Shown: positions 7,107 through 15,542 of the stretch, one piece after another
How positions within the stretch are numbered: position 1 is the stretch's first letter
How the letters are laid out: each line of letters starts with the position of its first letter
NCBI GenBank assembly: GCA_038530475.1
Contig: JBCBCS010000028.1
Location: forward strand, 1-24,024
Reading direction: 5' to 3'
Length of the DNA: 24,024 nucleotides
Origin: Pseudomonadota bacterium
GTDB lineage: Bacteria; Pseudomonadota; Alphaproteobacteria; Rhodobacterales; Rhodobacteraceae
Made by a program: the position numbers and the translations under genes
The notes under the pieces: model-generated
Database searches by the model: none
Told to the model about the DNA's origin: nothing
What the model saw: the letters and a program-made list of their open reading frames with translations, nothing else

Positions 7107-8633
7107 TTACGCGAAGAGGAAATCGTTGGCCTCAAGGTCGAACCAGAGGGTGTTCAAGGCATCGTCGACGGTCAGCACTTCGTTACCAAAGCTCACCCGG
7201 ACATCGTCGCCCCAGAGGTTCTGGATGCTCAGCTGGCCGAAGGATGTGACCCCCCAGGCGGAGACATCGATCAGGTCATTGCCCTCTTGGAAGGACTGGA
7301 TGTGATCGGCCTCGCCATCGGCGGCAAAGACGAACACGTCGCGCCCCCAGCCGCCGTTCAGCTCATCGCGGCCCGCCCCATCGTGAAGCACGTCTTTGCC
7401 GCTGCCACCTTCGAGCAGGTCATCGCCGTCGCCGCCGATCAGACGATCGTTGCCAGCCCCGCCCTTGAGCCAGTCATCACCCGCGAACCCTTCCAGCGCG
7501 TCGCCGCCTTCCTGGCCGCGCAGGCGGTCATCAAAGAGCGAGCCGAGGATATAGGCGTCGTCGCCGTGATGGCCGGTGTTGACGAAGAAAAGGTCAATAT
7601 CCTCGACCCAGGTGTTGTCGCGCCGCTGGTCAGACAGATCAGCGATGACGATCACGCTGTCGCGGTCGAATTCATCATAGAAGGACGACCGGACAATGGT
7701 GTTGAACGCATTGAAATAAGCGTGGTCCAGATGCGCAGTCCAGGCCAGCAGATTGGCGGGGGAGGACCCGGCCGAGAAGACGGGGGTGTCGTAGAGGTCG
7801 TTGAACAGCACGATGTTGTTGGTGCTGAACGCGTAATCGTTCGAGTTGCCCAGAAGTTGTGGGATGCCGTTGACGATGGCCCCGCCAATCGGGTCGTTTT
7901 CCAGATCGAAGGTGAAGACTTCCGCGCCGTTGGACAGGGTCGCGGCGCCGTTCTCAACGACATAGTGGGAGGCCGCACCGATGTAATTGGCGTCGGTGAA
8001 AAATCCGTCAAGGAATGTATGGCTCGTCTCGGCAAGGTTCATCGTGGCCCCACCGCCAAGCGAGTGGCCGGTGACCAGAACATCCCCAGCCGTCAGACCG
8101 TTGGCCAGCGCAAGGTCACGAACCGCTTCGAGCACATCGGCAAAGGCTTCTTGCGTGTAATTCGGGTTGGCGCTGAGAAATTCAAGGTAGTCAAAGACAT
8201 CGCCGAAGGTGTCGCCAATGATCTCATCCAGCGGGCCGGATGTGCCACGGATGACAAAACCGATCTCGATCAGGTTGCCGTTTTCGTCATATTTTCCAAG
8301 CACATCGGCCTGAGCGTTCCTGAATTGAGAGGTCGCGCCAGAGAAGGTGTGGAATTCATCGGTGCGGCTGTCCGGCAGACCCAGATCGGCGGCGGTCAAG
8401 ATGGTCCAGCCTGCGGCGGTGACATTGGCGACAGCGTAATCATTGCGTTCCGCGCTGTCGGCCAGCAGCAGCGTTTCGACCCCTGTGGCGGCCACGCTGA
8501 GGACGTTGTAGCCATCCGCGACGTAGCGCTCTCGTTCCCCTTCGAAGAGGCCGTGATAACTGTAATCAATCAGCGTCATGGCATCCAACATCAAGTCGCG
8601 GCCATCTGCGCCACGGTAATCAAAAATACCCAT
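7107..8633 (-). CDS. Family I.3 lipase (GHSLGG nucleophile elbow) with C-terminal RTX nonapeptide repeats; a presumptive type I secretion substrate
   Basis: MGIFDYRG..., DAMTLIDYSYHGL, VLGKYDENGNLIEIGFVIRGTSGP and DVLVTGHSLGG match my recollection of the Pseudomonas fluorescens/Serratia LipA family. Multiple GGxGxDxL repeats (GGAGNDRLIGGDGDDLLEGGSGKDVL...) follow. There is no N-terminal signal peptide, and the C-terminus ends in the hydrophobic DFLFA. Confidence 0.9.
   Translation of the reverse strand: MGIFDYRGADGRDLMLDAMTLIDYSYHGLFEGERERYVADGYNVLSVAATGVETLLLADSAERNDYAVANVTAAGWTILTAADLGLPDSRTDEFHTFSGATSQFRNAQADVLGKYDENGNLIEIGFVIRGTSGPLDEIIGDTFGDVFDYLEFLSANPNYTQEAFADVLEAVRDLALANGLTAGDVLVTGHSLGGGATMNLAETSHTFLDGFFTDANYIGAASHYVVENGAATLSNGAEVFTFDLENDPIGGAIVNGIPQLLGNSNDYAFSTNNIVLFNDLYDTPVFSAGSSPANLLAWTAHLDHAYFNAFNTIVRSSFYDEFDRDSVIVIADLSDQRRDNTWVEDIDLFFVNTGHHGDDAYILGSLFDDRLRGQEGGDALEGFAGDDWLKGGAGNDRLIGGDGDDLLEGGSGKDVLHDGAGRDELNGGWGRDVFVFAADGEADHIQSFQEGNDLIDVSAWGVTSFGQLSIQNLWGDDVRVSFGNEVLTVDDALNTLWFDLEANDFLFA
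7326..7571 (-). repeat. RTX (hemolysin-type Ca2+-binding) nonapeptide repeat-coding segment inside the lipase gene
   Basis: Tandem GGxGxDxxx units at protein level (aa ~355-436). At DNA level these appear as repeated GGCGGC/GCCGCC-rich units. Confidence 0.75.
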
Positions 8634-8813
8634 CTCGTCATGTCCTCCGGTTCGCCGTCAGGGTGTGCGTTCGGCTGGACGGTGGAAAATGGATGCCCTT
8701 TGCGTCAATCGCCTCAGGGTTGAAACCAAACGTCAACTTGGGATTTACGCAGCGTCGTTTGCGAAATTTAATTACGTGACGTGGGGTAATTTAGAAAGAA
8801 AACATCGCCCCAA

Positions 8814-9185
8814 TCAGGAGGCGTGCGCCTCCAGCACATCCATCGGCACGATCTCAAGCGCTTTTTGATGCGTGGCCGACAGATTGACCTGCGGCGCGCA
8901 CCCTTCTTCATGGGCTTGCAAGAAGCGAGAGGCACATAGGCACCAGCCATCACCGGGCGTCAGGCCCGGAAAGTTGAACTCGGGCCGGGGCGTGCTGAGG
9001 TCGTTGCCCACGTATTTCGAGAAGGCGAGGAACTCTGCCGTCATGACAGCGCAAACCGTGTGGCTGCCCTGGTCTTGTGCGCAGGTGTCACACGCGCCAT
9101 CGCGAAAGAAGCCCGTCATCGGGTCGGTGGAACACGGCGCCAAAGGCTCCCCCAGAACGTTCAGGGACGGGTCTTTTTCAATCAT
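8814..9185 (-). CDS. Small conserved Cys-containing hypothetical protein (DUF2237-like by recollection)
   Basis: 123 aa: MIEKDPSLNVLGEPL.PCS..PMTGFFRDG.C.T...D.G.H.VC..MT.EFL.FSK..GNDLSTP. Its start overlaps the stop of the upstream gene by 4 nt (ATGA). Confidence 0.75.
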   Translation of the reverse strand: MIEKDPSLNVLGEPLAPCSTDPMTGFFRDGACDTCAQDQGSHTVCAVMTAEFLAFSKYVGNDLSTPRPEFNFPGLTPGDGWCLCASRFLQAHEEGCAPQVNLSATHQKALEIVPMDVLEAHAS

Positions 9186-10360
9186 TCCAAAGCCTCAGCG
9201 ATTGCGCGGAACATCTCAACGTTGCTGGTGTGCACGCCCCGCTCGCGGAAGGACCTGTCGGCGGCATTGACGGCGATGACCACACCCTTTGGACGATCGA
9301 TATAGATGTATTGTCCGTAAATGCCACGGGCAAGGAACTGGCCAGACGCGGCCCCGACCGGGATCCACCACTGATAGCCGTATCCAATCGCCCCGGGGGC
9401 CGTGCGGGCGCTGGCCGTTGTGCTTTCGACGATCCAGTCTTCGCTTACGATCCGATTGCCGAAGGAGATGCCACCATTGGCGACCATATTGCCAAAGAGC
9501 GCGTAATCATGCGTCGTCAGGTTCAGTCCGCCCAGAACGAACGCCACCCCGTAGCCATCCGTCAGGTAATAGGGCGTGACCGTCGGACCTAACGGTTCCA
9601 GCACGTGTTCGGTCAGCAAATCAGCGACGGAGCGGTCGGTCGCTCCGCGGATGACCATGCCCAGCACATGCGTGTCGATAGAGGTGTATTTCCAGGCCTC
9701 ACCCGGTGCGACGAACGTCTCATCCAGATCAGCGGCGAAGCCGTCCATGGACCGACCGAGGGCCAGCACCCGGCCCATTCGGTTTATGTCGCTCCAGAAA
9801 TCAAGGTAGTCCTCGTCAAAGACAACACCGGAAGACATCTGCATCACATCGCGAATGGTCGCCGCGTCATAGGCTGTGCCGACGAGCGACGGCGCGTAAT
9901 CGGTGACCGCGGCGTCGAGATCGGGGATCGTTCCATCCTCATGAAGCACACCCATCAGGATCGACAGGAATGATTTCGCGACCGACCAGCTGATCCGCGT
10001 TGACAGGGCCGGATCCTCTTCCCCCTCTGCGGTCAGGGGGTAGCTTTCATGACGGATGATGCCGTCTTGCGTGACGATGATCCCTGTGACGGCGCGGTCC
10101 TCTGCCCATGTGGTGAAACCGGGCGGCATGTCCATTGGCGCACCGATTTGCAGTCGGTTAGGCTCTGCGCTCACCGGCATCTCTTGATGGAGGAACAGCG
10201 TGTCCATGGCGACAAAGTTGCCGACGATCCGGTCTTCGGAGAACAGCGAATTGACCGCCATCAGCCGGGACACCCGATCCTGATAGATCAGCGCCAACAA
10301 GGCCACGATGGCGATCAGACCCAACAGGAAAAGCCCCAGCCATTTCAGCGCGCGTCGCAT
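9182..10360 (-). CDS. Beta-lactamase-family serine hydrolase (class C / PBP-like esterase) with an N-terminal membrane anchor
   Basis: N-terminal TM helix LKWLGLFLLGLIAIVALLALIY. The S-x-x-K motif (SVAKSF) is at the expected position. Start chosen at MRRALKW (10360) because a GGAGG SD lies 7 nt upstream; the six-frame ORF extends to 10414. Confidence 0.75.
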   Translation of the reverse strand: MRRALKWLGLFLLGLIAIVALLALIYQDRVSRLMAVNSLFSEDRIVGNFVAMDTLFLHQEMPVSAEPNRLQIGAPMDMPPGFTTWAEDRAVTGIIVTQDGIIRHESYPLTAEGEEDPALSTRISWSVAKSFLSILMGVLHEDGTIPDLDAAVTDYAPSLVGTAYDAATIRDVMQMSSGVVFDEDYLDFWSDINRMGRVLALGRSMDGFAADLDETFVAPGEAWKYTSIDTHVLGMVIRGATDRSVADLLTEHVLEPLGPTVTPYYLTDGYGVAFVLGGLNLTTHDYALFGNMVANGGISFGNRIVSEDWIVESTTASARTAPGAIGYGYQWWIPVGAASGQFLARGIYGQYIYIDRPKGVVIAVNAADRSFRERGVHTSNVEMFRAIAEALE

Positions 10361-10420
10361 CGTCATCCTCCGATCAAACTGAATTGCAAGGTGACACGCA
10401 CCCTGCGCCGTCACAAGCGC

Positions 10421-11116
10421 CTAGCGGAAGCGGTCCACGAGCTTTTGAAGGGCCGTTCGGGTGTCGCTTTCAGCCTCATCCTTTGATGCGGCGGGTTTCG
10501 CTTTGTCGGTGGGGGCGTCTGCCTTTGACGGGCGGTTGGACGAGCGGGGCGGGTTCACGCGCAATGCGATGGCATTGAGGAACTTGGGCCCTTCATCTGC
10601 TGCCAGATCCGCTGCACCGTCGGAAATTCCCCGAAGCACATCGTCAAGCCACTCCTGATCTGCCTTTGGAAAATCGTTCAGCACATAGCCCGGCACCTTG
10701 TCCTTGTGGCCCGGATGCCCGACGCCAAGACGCACCCTGTCATAGGCGGCACCGATGTGATCGTGGATCGAGCGCAACCCGTTGTGACCGGCATGCCCAC
10801 CGCCTGACTTCAGCCTGACCTTCGACGGCGCAAGGTCGATCTCGTCGTGGAACACCACAACATCCGTGCTGTCGAGCTTATAGAACCGCATCGCTTCACC
10901 AACCGCCTGGCCGGACTTGTTCATAAAGGTCGCAGGCTTGAGCAGAAGGACCTTTTGCGATCCAAGCCGACCCTCGCTGATGTCACCCTGAAACTTGGTT
11001 CGAAAGGGGCCGAAGCCGTGGTCCTCAGCGATCCGATCTACCGCCATAAAGCCGATATTATGACGGTGCCGGGCATATTTCGCACCGGGATTTCCAAGGC
11101 CGACGAACAGTTTCAT
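10421..11116 (-). CDS. pth: Peptidyl-tRNA hydrolase
   Basis: MKLFVGLGNPG..Y..HRHNIGFM, the HNG motif and a charged C-terminal extension (as often seen in alphaproteobacteria) are present. Confidence 0.92.
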   Translation of the reverse strand: MKLFVGLGNPGAKYARHRHNIGFMAVDRIAEDHGFGPFRTKFQGDISEGRLGSQKVLLLKPATFMNKSGQAVGEAMRFYKLDSTDVVVFHDEIDLAPSKVRLKSGGGHAGHNGLRSIHDHIGAAYDRVRLGVGHPGHKDKVPGYVLNDFPKADQEWLDDVLRGISDGAADLAADEGPKFLNAIALRVNPPRSSNRPSKADAPTDKAKPAASKDEAESDTRTALQKLVDRFR

Positions 11117-11234
11117 AGCGCTCTCGTTTCGCGTGACGGATCGTAAAATGTTTATCGAATTGGCGGCGTAACGGTAATCATTTCTTCAATGAGATACGTC
11201 AGAAAGGCTGAAAAGAAACTCAAAGGAATCGACG

Positions 11235-12476
11235 ATGCCGGAAATGAGGCAGGCCGCTGCAGCTCTTGCGCCCGAGATGACCTCGTCCGACGGGGATCTG
11301 ATCAGGAATGCATTGTCTTTCGTGCGCCGTCATCTTGATATGGAAATGGCGTATCTGACTGAATTTCACGATGACAAGGTCGTGTTTCGTACCGTCGTTG
11401 CGCCGGGGCTGGAACATGTTTTGAAACCTGGGTCAGCCACCCCGATAGAGGAAACCTATTGCGGAAAAGTTCTCACCGGTGACCTGCCTGAGCTCATCCC
11501 TGATACCTCGGAATTGGAGGTGGCTCGGCATCTCACAGTGACGGATGAGGTGCCGATACGGTCCCATATCAGTGTTCCGCTGCGCCGCAACACCGGAGAG
11601 GTCTTGGGCATGTTCTGTTGTTCGTCCCGCACGCCTCGTCCGAACCTCAATATCCGGGATCTGGATGTGGTGCGGGCATTTGCCGGGATCGCGGCCGATC
11701 AGGTCAATGTCCAGCGCAGCGCCGAAGACGCCGCACGCGCAAAACGTCAGGCGATAGAAGAGGTGCTTGACCACAAGGCCTTCAACATTGCCTTGCAACC
11801 GATCATGAAGCTGCGCAACCAGCGAACGGCAGGCTATGAGGCGCTGTGTCGGTTCTCTAACGAGCCGTATCGACCGCCCAATGTATGGTTTGATGATGCG
11901 GCAAAGGTGGGTTTGCAGATCGACCTTGAACTCGCAGTCATGGACGTTGCGGTCACCTGGCTTTCGGCCCTTGGGCCTGAGTGTTATCTGGCCGTCAATC
12001 TGTCGCCGTCGACGCTGTCAAGCGGCAGGGTCAGTCCCTTGGTTGAGCGGATCGGGGGGCAACGGCTCGTGATTGAAATTACCGAACATGACGAAATTTC
12101 GGATCTCGATCTCCTCCGGATGGAGATTGATCGCTTGCGCGATAGCGGCGTTCGAATAGCGATTGATGATACGGGGGCGGGATATTCTGGGCTGCAGCAG
12201 ATCCTGCGGCTTCAACCCAACCTGATCAAGTTGGACATGTCGCTGACGAAGGACGTCGATAAGGATGTGGCGCGCAGATCCTTGGCTGCGGCCATCGTCT
12301 CGTTTGCGCAGGACACCGGGGCGACGGTCGTCGCCGAAGGCATTGAGACGGAGGCGGAGCTGCGCACCCTCGCTGGGTTAGGCGTCGAGATGGGGCAGGG
12401 GTATCACCTCGGCCGTCCGACCATGGCGCACGAACTTTTCGATCAAACGATCGGCCCAAAGAAGGATATTGCCTGA
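11235..12476 (+). CDS. GAF-EAL protein: putative c-di-GMP phosphodiesterase
   Basis: N-terminal GAF-like domain. The EAL domain carries EALCRF, N (AVNLSP), EITE, DDTGAGYSG, KLD, EGIET and QGY, i.e. all catalytic motifs. SD AAGGA lies 8 nt upstream of the ATG. Confidence 0.85.
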   Translation: MPEMRQAAAALAPEMTSSDGDLIRNALSFVRRHLDMEMAYLTEFHDDKVVFRTVVAPGLEHVLKPGSATPIEETYCGKVLTGDLPELIPDTSELEVARHLTVTDEVPIRSHISVPLRRNTGEVLGMFCCSSRTPRPNLNIRDLDVVRAFAGIAADQVNVQRSAEDAARAKRQAIEEVLDHKAFNIALQPIMKLRNQRTAGYEALCRFSNEPYRPPNVWFDDAAKVGLQIDLELAVMDVAVTWLSALGPECYLAVNLSPSTLSSGRVSPLVERIGGQRLVIEITEHDEISDLDLLRMEIDRLRDSGVRIAIDDTGAGYSGLQQILRLQPNLIKLDMSLTKDVDKDVARRSLAAAIVSFAQDTGATVVAEGIETEAELRTLAGLGVEMGQGYHLGRPTMAHELFDQTIGPKKDIA

Positions 12477-12575
12477 CAGCGGCCCTTATCGGGGTGATTT
12501 GCCCGGCGTATTGAGCGATGGTGCTTGGTGATCCCTCAGGCATCACGACTGTCTCACCGGCCATTGTGAAATGAA

Positions 12576-12602
12576 AAAGGGCATCCGATACGGATGCCCT
12601 TT
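12576..12602. terminator. Bidirectional intrinsic terminator between the convergent EAL gene and rplY
   Basis: 12-bp perfect stem AAAGGGCATCCG/CGGATGCCCTTT with loop ATA. An A-run precedes it on the + strand, giving a T-run (TTTTTCATTT) after the hairpin on the - strand. It is stronger in the rplY direction. Confidence 0.8.
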
Positions 12603-12623
12603 GAAACCTCAGTTCGGTAAAGA

Positions 12624-13280
12624 TTACTCTTCGCCGCCTTCAGATGTCTCTGCTTCGGCCTCTTCGGTCTCAGCGGCATCGCCTTCGTCTTCGTCATCGG
12701 CGGATGCAAGGCTCGACGGTGCCTGGATGTTGCCGATCACAAAGTCGCGGTCGATTGTTGGCTTCGCGCCCGCCGGCAGCGTGATGGACGAGATTGTGAT
12801 GGTGTCACCAATCTCAAGACCGGTCAGGTCCGCTTCGAGGCTTTCAGGGATGTCGCCTGCCGTCACGACGAGCTCCACTTCGGGACGCACGACGGTTAGG
12901 ATGCCGCCCTTCTTCAGGCCGGGGGCCGCGTCTTCGTTGGTGAAGTCAACCGGAATGAAGAGGTTGATTTTCGATGTGCGCTTCAGGCGCATCAGATCGA
13001 GGTGCGTCGGAAGGTCCTTGACCACGTCACGCTGCACGTTCCGGCAAATGACCCGGACGTCGTCATGCCCCTCAACCTTGAGGTTGAACAGGGTCGACAG
13101 GAACCGGCCTTCTTTCAATTTCTTGAAAAGCACGTTGAACGGGATATTGATCGCGATCGGATCTTCACCACCGCCGTAAACCACTCCAGGAACCAAGCCG
13201 TCGCGGCGGGCCTGACGGGCCGCGCCTTTGCCGGTGCCTTCACGCGGCGTTGCAATGAGATCAGGGATTTCGCCTGCCAT
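12624..13280 (-). CDS. rplY: 50S ribosomal protein L25 / general stress protein Ctc (long form with acidic tail)
   Basis: L25/Ctc signature ([22 protein letters not shown]...) followed by a C-terminal Asp/Glu-rich tail. Confidence 0.9.
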   Translation of the reverse strand: MAGEIPDLIATPREGTGKGAARQARRDGLVPGVVYGGGEDPIAINIPFNVLFKKLKEGRFLSTLFNLKVEGHDDVRVICRNVQRDVVKDLPTHLDLMRLKRTSKINLFIPVDFTNEDAAPGLKKGGILTVVRPEVELVVTAGDIPESLEADLTGLEIGDTITISSITLPAGAKPTIDRDFVIGNIQAPSSLASADDEDEGDAAETEEAEAETSEGGEE

Positions 13281-13427
13281 CTGTCTGTCCTTTCAATTCG
13301 CGCATCCCCGCATCTGTTGGGGACCCACTTTGCCATGATAAGGGACCGAGGCCGGCCCTTAAGTGAAGCCGTGCTTATGCGGCAGCTTCATCCGTTTGTA
13401 AAGAGGATTCGGGGTCGTTTTGGCGGG

Positions 13428-14597
13428 TCAGACCCAGTCGCCTTCGAAATCCTTGGGGATCATCAGGATCTCCCGACCGATCTCGGTCACATCGCGCTTG
13501 CCACACAAGGCCATCGTGATGTCCATCTCCTTGTGGATCACCTCAAGCGCCTTGGTCACGCCCGCTTCTCCCATCGCGCCCAGCCCATGGATATAGGCCC
13601 GCCCGATCATCACGCCCTTGGCGCCGAGCGCCAGCGCCTTGAGCACGTCCTGACCAGAGCGGATCCCGGAATCGAGGTGAATTTCCACCTTGTCACCCAC
13701 GGCGCGCACGATCGACGGCAACATTCGGATGGAACTCAGCGCGCCGTCCAATTGCCGTCCGCCATGATTGCTCACGATGATGGCGTCGCAGCCGATCTCG
13801 GCGGCGGTTTTGGCGTCCTCAACGTCGAGCACGCCCTTGAGGATGAGCTTGCCGCCCCACTTTTTCTTGAGGATGCGGACCTTCTCCCAATCGAGCTTCG
13901 GGTCAAATTGCTCCGCCGTCCACGAATGCAGCGAGTTCATGTTCTCCACACCTTTGGCGTGGCCGACGATGTTGCGGAAGGTGCGGCGCTTGGTTTGCAG
14001 CATCTCGATGCCCCAGCGCCATTTCGTCGACAAATCCAGCAGCACCGGCGGCGTCAGTTTCGGCGGCGCAGTGAGCCCGTTCTTGAGGTCCTTGTGCCGC
14101 TGGCCGAGGATTTGCAGATCCAGCGTCAGCACCAGCGCCGAGCAGCCCGCGCGCTTGGCCCGCTCAATGATCGCATCCACATAGTCTTCGTCCCGCATCA
14201 CATAAAGCTGGAACCAGAACGGCTTTTCGGTGTGCTCGGCCACGTCCTCAATCGAGCAGATCGACATGGTCGACAGGGTGTAGGGCACACCGAACTTTTC
14301 GGCGGCGCGGGCCGCCTTGATCTCACCGTCGGCGCGCTGCATGCCGGTCATGCCGACCGGGGCGAGGGCGACGGGCATTGCAACGTCCTCGCCGATCATC
14401 TGGCTCCTGGTGGTGCGGTTGGTCATGTCGACAGCAATGCGCTGGCGCAGTCGCAGCCTGTCGAAATCTGAGGTGTTCTCGCGGAAGGTCTGCTCGGTCC
14501 ACGATCCGCTCTCGCAGTAATCGTAGAACATCTTTGGAGTCCGGCGTTTGTGCAGACGTTTCAGATCGTCGATCGTCGTAATGACGGGCATGGTCAA
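13428..14597 (-). CDS. FMN-dependent alpha-hydroxy-acid dehydrogenase (L-lactate dehydrogenase LldD-like)
   Basis: The motifs expected of the FMN-dependent dehydrogenase family (glycolate oxidase, LldD) are present: DYCESGSWTEQT, PFWFQLYV, LVLTLD, the SNHGGRQLD active-site region and GADAVMIGRA-like GAKGVMIGRA. Confidence 0.85.
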   Translation of the reverse strand: MTMPVITTIDDLKRLHKRRTPKMFYDYCESGSWTEQTFRENTSDFDRLRLRQRIAVDMTNRTTRSQMIGEDVAMPVALAPVGMTGMQRADGEIKAARAAEKFGVPYTLSTMSICSIEDVAEHTEKPFWFQLYVMRDEDYVDAIIERAKRAGCSALVLTLDLQILGQRHKDLKNGLTAPPKLTPPVLLDLSTKWRWGIEMLQTKRRTFRNIVGHAKGVENMNSLHSWTAEQFDPKLDWEKVRILKKKWGGKLILKGVLDVEDAKTAAEIGCDAIIVSNHGGRQLDGALSSIRMLPSIVRAVGDKVEIHLDSGIRSGQDVLKALALGAKGVMIGRAYIHGLGAMGEAGVTKALEVIHKEMDITMALCGKRDVTEIGREILMIPKDFEGDWV

Positions 14598-14640
14598 ATC
14601 CCTCGAAATGGTCTGAAAGACTTACCAATCGGGGCCGCTG

Positions 14641-14695
14641 GGCGCAAAGCCTTTCAAAGGCTTTGTCGCCTCTTTTTCGAAAAAGAGGCCGCGCC
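14641..14695 (-). terminator. Compound hairpin structure at the 3' end of trpA: two adjacent perfect palindromes enclosed by an outer GGCGC/GCGCC stem
   Basis: CAAAGCCTTTCAAAGGCTTTG (14645-14665) and GCCTCTTTTTCGAAAAAGAGGC (14668-14689) are flanked by GGCGC...GCGCC. It lies 4 nt past the trpA stop. The U-rich tracts sit inside the stems, so it could terminate in either direction. Confidence 0.6.
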
Positions 14696-14698
14696 GGA

Positions 14699-15490
14699 TC
14701 AGGCCCGGTGCGCCCCATCGGCGAGTGTTTTGACAAAGGCCAGGACGTCCTCAACGCTCTCGCCTTTGCCGATCTTTTCAACAATTGCCGACCCGACCAC
14801 GGTCCCGTCTGCAACACCGGCGATGCTTTCGGCGGCGTCCGGCGTCCGGACACCGAAGCCCACAATCACCGGCAAATCCGTCGCGGATTTGATCCGGGCG
14901 ACCTCGGGCGCGACATCGCCCGCCTGCGCCGCCGCTGCCCCGGTGATCCCGGTGATCGAGACGTAGTAGACAAAGCCAGACGTGTTCTGCAGCACCTTGG
15001 GCAAGCGCGCGTCATCCGTCGTCGGGGTCGCAAGGCGGATAAAGTTGAGCCCTGCTTTCTGCGCCGGGATGCACAGCTCGTCATCCTCTTCCGGCGGCAG
15101 ATCGACGATGATCAGACCGTCGATGCCGGCCTCTTTGGCCTGGGCCAGAAACGTCTCAACCCCGCGCGAATAGATCGGATTGTAGTACCCCATCAGCACC
15201 ACGGGCGTCGTGTCATCTTCTTTGCGCAGCTCGGCGGCGATTTGTAGCGTCTGGTCGAGGGTCATCCCGTGGTCGAGCGCCCGCTGCCCGGCCAGTTGGA
15301 TCGTTGGGCCATCCGCCATCGGATCAGTAAAGGGCAGGCCCAATTCGATCACGTCGACACCTGCGCCGGGCAGGCCTTTGACGATCTCAAGTGAGGTCGC
15401 GTAGTCCGGGTCGCCCGCCATGACATAGGCCACAAAAGCCTTGCGCCCCTCGGCCTTGAGTTCCGCAAATTTCGCGTCGATGCGTGACAT
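14699..15490 (-). CDS. trpA: Tryptophan synthase alpha chain
   Basis: [12 protein letters not shown]...FV.Y.MAGDP, ELG.PFSDP.ADGP.IQ and GFG...P motifs are typical of TrpA. The start was chosen at MSRID (15490); the six-frame ORF's long N-terminal extension is Arg-rich junk. Confidence 0.9.
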   Translation of the reverse strand: MSRIDAKFAELKAEGRKAFVAYVMAGDPDYATSLEIVKGLPGAGVDVIELGLPFTDPMADGPTIQLAGQRALDHGMTLDQTLQIAAELRKEDDTTPVVLMGYYNPIYSRGVETFLAQAKEAGIDGLIIVDLPPEEDDELCIPAQKAGLNFIRLATPTTDDARLPKVLQNTSGFVYYVSITGITGAAAAQAGDVAPEVARIKSATDLPVIVGFGVRTPDAAESIAGVADGTVVGSAIVEKIGKGESVEDVLAFVKTLADGAHRA

Positions 15491-15542
15491 GGCTGCCCCC
15501 GTTTTCAAACCTTTCGCGGTGTGACGCAGGGCGACGCGGAAA

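Noticed and set aside
7287-8723. 478-aa ORF on + strand
   Set aside because: Entirely antisense to the lipase gene. Gly/Val/Ala/Arg-rich low-complexity translation typical of a high-GC shadow ORF. The lipase frame has unmistakable family I.3 motifs.
13002-14471. 489-aa ORF on + strand
   Set aside because: Antisense to rplY and the LldD-like gene, both of which have clear family signatures. The product is Arg/His/Leu-rich junk.
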